Assembly: GCA_002696025.1 (NCBI GenBank)
Contig: NZQU01000017.1
Coordinates: 1 to 32,152 of the forward strand
Length of the DNA stretch: 32,152 nucleotides
From: Crocinitomicaceae bacterium
GTDB lineage: Bacteria; Bacteroidota; Bacteroidia; Flavobacteriales_D; Crocinitomicaceae
Reading direction: 5' to 3'
Every line of letters starts with the position of its first letter. The stretch's first letter is position 1. Below, in pieces: positions 28,528 to 32,152 of this stretch. The notes beneath the pieces are model-generated. The model was given only the letters and a program-made list of their open reading frames with translations. It ran no database searches and was not told the DNA's origin. The position numbers and the translations under genes were made by a program.

Positions 28528-29596
28528 TACGTCTTCCTCTAAAAATTATTTTATAAATAGCCTTAAAAAAATAAATCAAATCATTAAAATACGGCCTCCT
28601 AATCTTATCCCTAAGGTATTGTGTCTCAGCATTTAAAACATCTTCTTTGGTGACACCTAAATCAAGAGCTACATAAGGAGGAATACAACCAGGCTTCATT
28701 TGCAAACGTATGCTTCTTAATTCATCGGGTATACTATCAAAGTAAACCTGACTTACGGGTCTAACACCAACCAATTTCATTTCACCTCTTAAAACATTAT
28801 ATATTTGAGGTATTTCATCAATCCAGTATTTTCTCATGATTTTCCCCCATCTTGAAGTACGAAAATCATCTTTAATTTTCCCTTTACTATTATAACCATT
28901 AGTCTTTATAATGTAATCATGGATAAATTCAGAATATGGATGCATTGTTCTAAATTTATAAACACCAATGATTTTCCCTTTTTTTCCAACTCTATTCATT
29001 TTAAAAATAGGACCATAGCTTGGCTTTATTTTTAGTGGTTCTCTTGTTTTTTTTGCAATAAAATAATGTTTGTTATTAATTGGTTTACAATCTATAATCT
29101 CAAAACCACAATAAACCAATCTACCAAGTATTTCAGCCTTAGAGACTATTCTATTACGACCACTGGTAAGTAAAAAATATATCTTTTTTAAACCCCATAA
29201 TCTTGGAGTTACTCTAGAAAGCATAAAAACGTAAATTCTATAAATCCAACCTATAACTGGAAGTTTAAACATCCATTGTTTTTTTCTCCAATCGCTTAAA
29301 GTTTCTACAACTCCAAAATAAGAACTACCATAAGTTAAATTACTGTAAACATTATTAAAATGCTTGTTAATATACCTAATGTCATTAATCTGATCTAAAT
29401 CAATATAGACCTCACTATCATTACCTAATTCAAGGGATTTAACAAGATTGGTAAAGAAATTATTTTGAAAATTATCAACAGTCTTCCCTTTATTATTTTT
29501 ATTAATAATAGATCTTAACTGAAGAATTGCATCCTCCTCATTTGAAATAGCATGATAATCTTGCTTTTTCAATAAACCTTCATCTTCTTTGCTCAT
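28520..29596 (-). CDS. Phosphoglycosyl (bacterial sugar) transferase with an atypical ~190-aa N-terminal extension
   Basis: C-terminal core motifs YGPIFKMNRVGKKGKIIGVYKFRTM, WIDEIPQIYNVLRGEMKLVGVRP (the DE dyad region) and PGCIPPY match the PF02397-type family. Confidence 0.8.
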   Translation of the reverse strand: MSKEDEGLLKKQDYHAISNEEDAILQLRSIINKNNKGKTVDNFQNNFFTNLVKSLELGNDSEVYIDLDQINDIRYINKHFNNVYSNLTYGSSYFGVVETLSDWRKKQWMFKLPVIGWIYRIYVFMLSRVTPRLWGLKKIYFLLTSGRNRIVSKAEILGRLVYCGFEIIDCKPINNKHYFIAKKTREPLKIKPSYGPIFKMNRVGKKGKIIGVYKFRTMHPYSEFIHDYIIKTNGYNSKGKIKDDFRTSRWGKIMRKYWIDEIPQIYNVLRGEMKLVGVRPVSQVYFDSIPDELRSIRLQMKPGCIPPYVALDLGVTKEDVLNAETQYLRDKIRRPYFNDLIYFFKAIYKIIFRGRRSA

Positions 29597-29698
29597 TTAA
29601 AAAATATTTATTTTTAATTATGACAAAATAATATAATAATTAATCCTTTAAATATACGTTAATGCTTAAATATAGTTGTCTTTTTATGAACTTTATTC

Positions 29699-29722
29699 AT
29701 TTCAAAATTATAGTTTTGAAAT
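29699..29722. repeat. 9-bp inverted repeat overlapping a -7-like box in the divergent intergenic region
   Basis: ATTTCAAAA-TTATAG-TTTTGAAAT. TAGTTTTG (29711-29718) matches TAnnTTTG 42 nt upstream of the ATG at 29760. In AT-rich DNA this could be chance. Confidence 0.35.
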
Positions 29723-29759
29723 ACGAAACATTAAATTTTTAGTTTCAAAAACCAAACTA

Positions 29760-30458
29760 ATGAAACAAATAAAAAATATCATTTTAAAATTCCCACAAAT
29801 ATATCTTTATTATAAAAAACTCACCTATATTTTTTTAGCTTTTTCATCTGGAACGAAAGAAAAAAACATTTTTCAAGAAGCATCTACTACAGAATACGAT
29901 AGACACCCTGATCTATTTAATTTTTTAAAATCTAGATATAGTGACAAGCAAATTAAAATCCTTTCATTTGGATGTTCTTCTGGTGAAGAATGCATTAGTT
30001 TAAATAAGTATTTACCCAATGCATCTATTTTAGGTGTTGATATTAATAAAAAAAGCCTTGCAAAAGCAGAAAAAATTAATAGCAATAAAAATATCATCTA
30101 TAAATATTGTGAGCCAAAAGACATCTATAATCTTGGTGAATTTGATGTTGTTCTAGCAATCTCTGTATTATGTAAACATCCTGAAGCTGAATATTTAAAT
30201 AATCTTTCAAAAATTTATCCTTTCAAAAGGTATGAAGACATGGTTCATAAATTAGACTCCGTTGTAAAGCAAGAAGGCTTGCTAATTATAAGAAGTTCAA
30301 ACTACATATTTTCTGACACTAAAACATCAAATAATTACCAACTTATTAAAAATAATAATGCTAGAAAGTCTAAAGCATTTCCTAAATTTAACTCTCAAGG
30401 ATTAAAAAAAACAGACTACTTTGAAAACAAAGAAATATTTAAAAAAAATATAACTTAA
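29760..30458 (+). CDS. Class I SAM-dependent methyltransferase with CheR-type motif I
   Basis: KILSFGCSSGEECISL resembles the CheR motif (W)SAGCSTGEEPYSL. ILGVDINKKSLAKAEK and FDVVLAISVLCKH match later CheR-fold motifs. The ATG at 29760 is preferred over the tracked TTG at 29676. Confidence 0.6.
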   Translation: MKQIKNIILKFPQIYLYYKKLTYIFLAFSSGTKEKNIFQEASTTEYDRHPDLFNFLKSRYSDKQIKILSFGCSSGEECISLNKYLPNASILGVDINKKSLAKAEKINSNKNIIYKYCEPKDIYNLGEFDVVLAISVLCKHPEAEYLNNLSKIYPFKRYEDMVHKLDSVVKQEGLLIIRSSNYIFSDTKTSNNYQLIKNNNARKSKAFPKFNSQGLKKTDYFENKEIFKKNIT

Positions 30459-30550
30459 GTTGAATTTATTTAAGGCAACTTATCGTTTATTATTTCGTTT
30501 ATTACATAGAGTTTAAGCCTGAATTTGTTCATAAGTCATATGGTATATTT

Positions 30551-30582
30551 TTTGGCTTATGCTAATTTTTAAGTTACATTTG
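30551..30582 (+). promoter_or_regulatory. Candidate promoter for the repeat-protein gene
   Basis: TTTG (30551-30554), N20, TACATTTG (30575-30582). The -7 box ends 42 nt upstream of the ATG at 30625. Confidence 0.45.
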
Positions 30583-30624
30583 TATATAATGTGTTTTAGT
30601 ATTTATTTTGATAACAAATTAAGT

Positions 30625-32152
30625 ATGGTAAAATCAATTGTCTTTGTTTTTTCAATTCTGATATTTTTTGTATTTAATTCAACAGCACAAACAACTGAGA
30701 TTAAAGGAGCGCAGTGCAATACAACGATTTCATCTGGAGGATCTAATATTTATGCCAAATCAGTATCCGGTGCCAACAAATACAGATTTATCATCATGCA
30801 TACAATTGGTGGTGTTCCCACCCAAGATACCGTTATTAGAAATAACAATCTTCTTAGATTGACATGGATTCCTTGTGCCAGTTACAATAAAACATTTAAC
30901 ATTGCAGTTTCATGGTCAAATGATGGGGGGGCAACTTACAGCCCACATGGGGATACATGTGGAATTACAACGCCATCCATACCAGTAACAAAATTAGGTA
31001 ATTCATATTGTGATTTAACTATCGCTTCAACAGGAACAAATATTTATGCCAAAACTGTTGCCCTAAGTGATGAATATAAATTCAGCATTTATGATTCGTC
31101 TGGTGTTTTTATAGAAGATATTATTTCTTCTGATCGAATTTTCAGATTAAATGAAATGACTTCGCCTGGACATCCTGTTTTTAATTTTAAGTATAAAGTA
31201 ATTGTTGACACAAGACAGTGTGGTGATGTTTTTACAGGAAATTATGGTGATACTTGCTTTTTAATATTACCTGCCATACCGACTCAACTTCAAAATGGAT
31301 ATTGTAATGATTCGGTTGCTTCTCAAGATTCTAAAATTTATTGTGAGAGTGTAGGGGGAACAACTACTTATAGGTTTTTTATTACAGATGACCTTGTAAG
31401 CCCAACATTTTCAACTTTTACAGATCAACCCACTAATTTTTTTAAATTTTCTGATATTGCTTCAGGAGCTCATCCAATTGCTGCTCAGCAATATTATGTT
31501 TGGGTTCAAACTGAACAAGGTAATAATGGTGTCTTTGGACCTACTGGTGATACATGTGGAATTGTTTTATCTATTGCTGCTCCTGAAATTGAATCTGTTT
31601 ACAGATATGACAATAGTTCATATGACTTTTCTATTTGTGGAGGAACAAGTATTAATTACTTCAAACAAGATACTATTTTTTGTGAAGAAATTCCAAATGC
31701 AGAAGATTATGAATTTAAAATTGTTGGTATTTTAACTTGCACTGGCTCTAACATTCAATCTCTTACAGATAATACGGGAATTTCAACCTACAATGGTGTT
31801 ACTATGAAAGATTTTAACAATGGACTTGGACCATCAACAAATCCACTTCAAAGAAAGTCTAGATATGGTCAAACATATTTTATTCAAGCAAGAGCCAAAA
31901 TCAATGGCGTCTTTGGAGATTATGGTCCTGTTTGTACAATTACGACTGAATCTCAACCAACAACCAAACTAAGACCTGCGTATTGTGGTTCAACAGTTAC
32001 ACAAATGAGTACTAATATCTACGCAAACTCAGTTACTTATGCTACTACATATCAATGGGAAGTTATAGGGGCAGGTGGAACCGTTGACAATTCTTCATCT
32101 CCACTTTCAACCACAGGAACACTTTTTAAATTTAGTGACCTTGTTAGCCTTG
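30625..32152 (+). CDS. Secreted tandem-module protein, 3'-partial (no stop within the window); likely cell-surface/adhesin-type cargo
   Basis: Hand translation in frame +1 gives 509 sense codons with no stop. Signal peptide MVKSIVFVFSILIFFVFNSTA|Q. At least 5 homologous modules follow. It is absent from the ORF track because it runs off the window end. Confidence 0.8.
   Translation, partial: MVKSIVFVFSILIFFVFNSTAQTTEIKGAQCNTTISSGGSNIYAKSVSGANKYRFIIMHTIGGVPTQDTVIRNNNLLRLTWIPCASYNKTFNIAVSWSNDGGATYSPHGDTCGITTPSIPVTKLGNSYCDLTIASTGTNIYAKTVALSDEYKFSIYDSSGVFIEDIISSDRIFRLNEMTSPGHPVFNFKYKVIVDTRQCGDVFTGNYGDTCFLILPAIPTQLQNGYCNDSVASQDSKIYCESVGGTTTYRFFITDDLVSPTFSTFTDQPTNFFKFSDIASGAHPIAAQQYYVWVQTEQGNNGVFGPTGDTCGIVLSIAAPEIESVYRYDNSSYDFSICGGTSINYFKQDTIFCEEIPNAEDYEFKIVGILTCTGSNIQSLTDNTGISTYNGVTMKDFNNGLGPSTNPLQRKSRYGQTYFIQARAKINGVFGDYGPVCTITTESQPTTKLRPAYCGSTVTQMSTNIYANSVTYATTYQWEVIGAGGTVDNSSSPLSTTGTLFKFSDLVSL
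30691..32152 (+). repeat. Protein-level tandem modules (about 95-125 aa each): 30691-30975, 30976-31272, 31273-31572, 31573-31947, 31948->32152
   Basis: Recurrent pattern: YC-x10-IY(A/C)-xx-V-x4/5-Y-x-F-x-I ... (L/F)F(R/K)(L/F) ... Y-x-V-x-V ... G-x-(Y/T)GD(T)C-x-I. DNA identity between modules is low. Confidence 0.7.

Noticed and set aside
29676-29759. The tracked TTG start, which gives the methyltransferase a 28-aa N-terminal extension (MSFYELYSFQNYSFEIRNIKFLVSKTKL).
   Set aside because: The extension would be translated from the promoter and inverted-repeat region. An in-frame ATG at 29760 follows a -7-like box at a normal distance, so the shorter form is preferred, though this is unproven.
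30456-30482. The hairpin TAAGTTG-N13-CAACTTA after the methyltransferase stop as an intrinsic terminator.
   Set aside because: The stem is only 7 bp and AT-rich, the loop is 13 nt, and the downstream T-tract is interrupted. It is too weak to call.
30668-30862. A tracked 64-aa ORF (TTG start) at the beginning of the terminal region, and similarly 31457-31735 (92 aa).
   Set aside because: Both are out of frame relative to the 509-codon open frame starting at 30625, which has a signal peptide, a promoter and internal repeat structure. They are shadow ORFs.
1-32152. A search by eye for CRISPR arrays, tRNA/rRNA/tmRNA genes, IS elements, integrases, reverse transcriptase/DGR components, toxin-antitoxin pairs, or defence-island signatures.
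   Set aside because: I saw no regularly spaced direct repeats, no cloverleaf-like GC-rich segments in the few intergenic gaps, and no ORF with transposase, recombinase, nuclease or NTPase defence motifs. Composition looks uniform, with no obvious island boundary.
30691-32152. The idea that the repeat modules could be a diversity-generating (template/variable repeat) or recently amplified cassette system.
   Set aside because: Nucleotide identity between modules is limited to short islands, no reverse transcriptase is nearby, and the differences are not adenine-biased in any way I can see. The pattern is ordinary ancient domain duplication.

Overview
This is an AT-rich, very gene-dense chromosomal segment that reads as Bacteroidota, probably Flavobacteriia-like. 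The evidence for that assignment is rpmB-rpmG-DUF4295-ftsY synteny, TAnnTTTG-type -7 boxes with no Shine-Dalgarno sequences, and signal peptides ending in A/S followed by Gln (the Q-rule) in four proteins. A TonB-dependent receptor with a carboxypeptidase-regulatory-like N-domain and a Wzc kinase with a Gly-Tyr tail fit the same lineage. Roughly 1-25.3 kb is housekeeping: ABC-2 exporter, Ppx/GppA, FtsY, L28/L33, CinA, RlmD-like methyltransferase, HAD nucleotidase, Upp, a tripartite RND pump, PaaI thioesterase, IspE, AccA, TonB-dependent receptor, KdsB, SPOR protein, C1 peptidase and an MBL-rhodanese fusion. The 25.3-32.2 kb stretch looks more accessory. It holds a three-gene sugar-transferase/Wza/Wzc module, a divergent methyltransferase with a CheR-type motif, and a long ORF absent from the supplied track (30625 to the window end, no stop) that encodes a secreted tandem-module protein. 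I found no CRISPR array, tRNA/rRNA, transposase, integrase, reverse transcriptase, or recognisable defence or toxin-antitoxin system, so I cannot honestly name a complete novel system here. The best follow-up candidates are the untracked Cys-bracketed repeat protein, an extra two-helix insertion in the RND pump, a transglutaminase-like gene coupled to the RND operon, an atypical phosphoglycosyl transferase, and a 49-nt near-palindrome in the only large non-coding gap. All product calls come from motif recognition by eye. No searches or computations were run.
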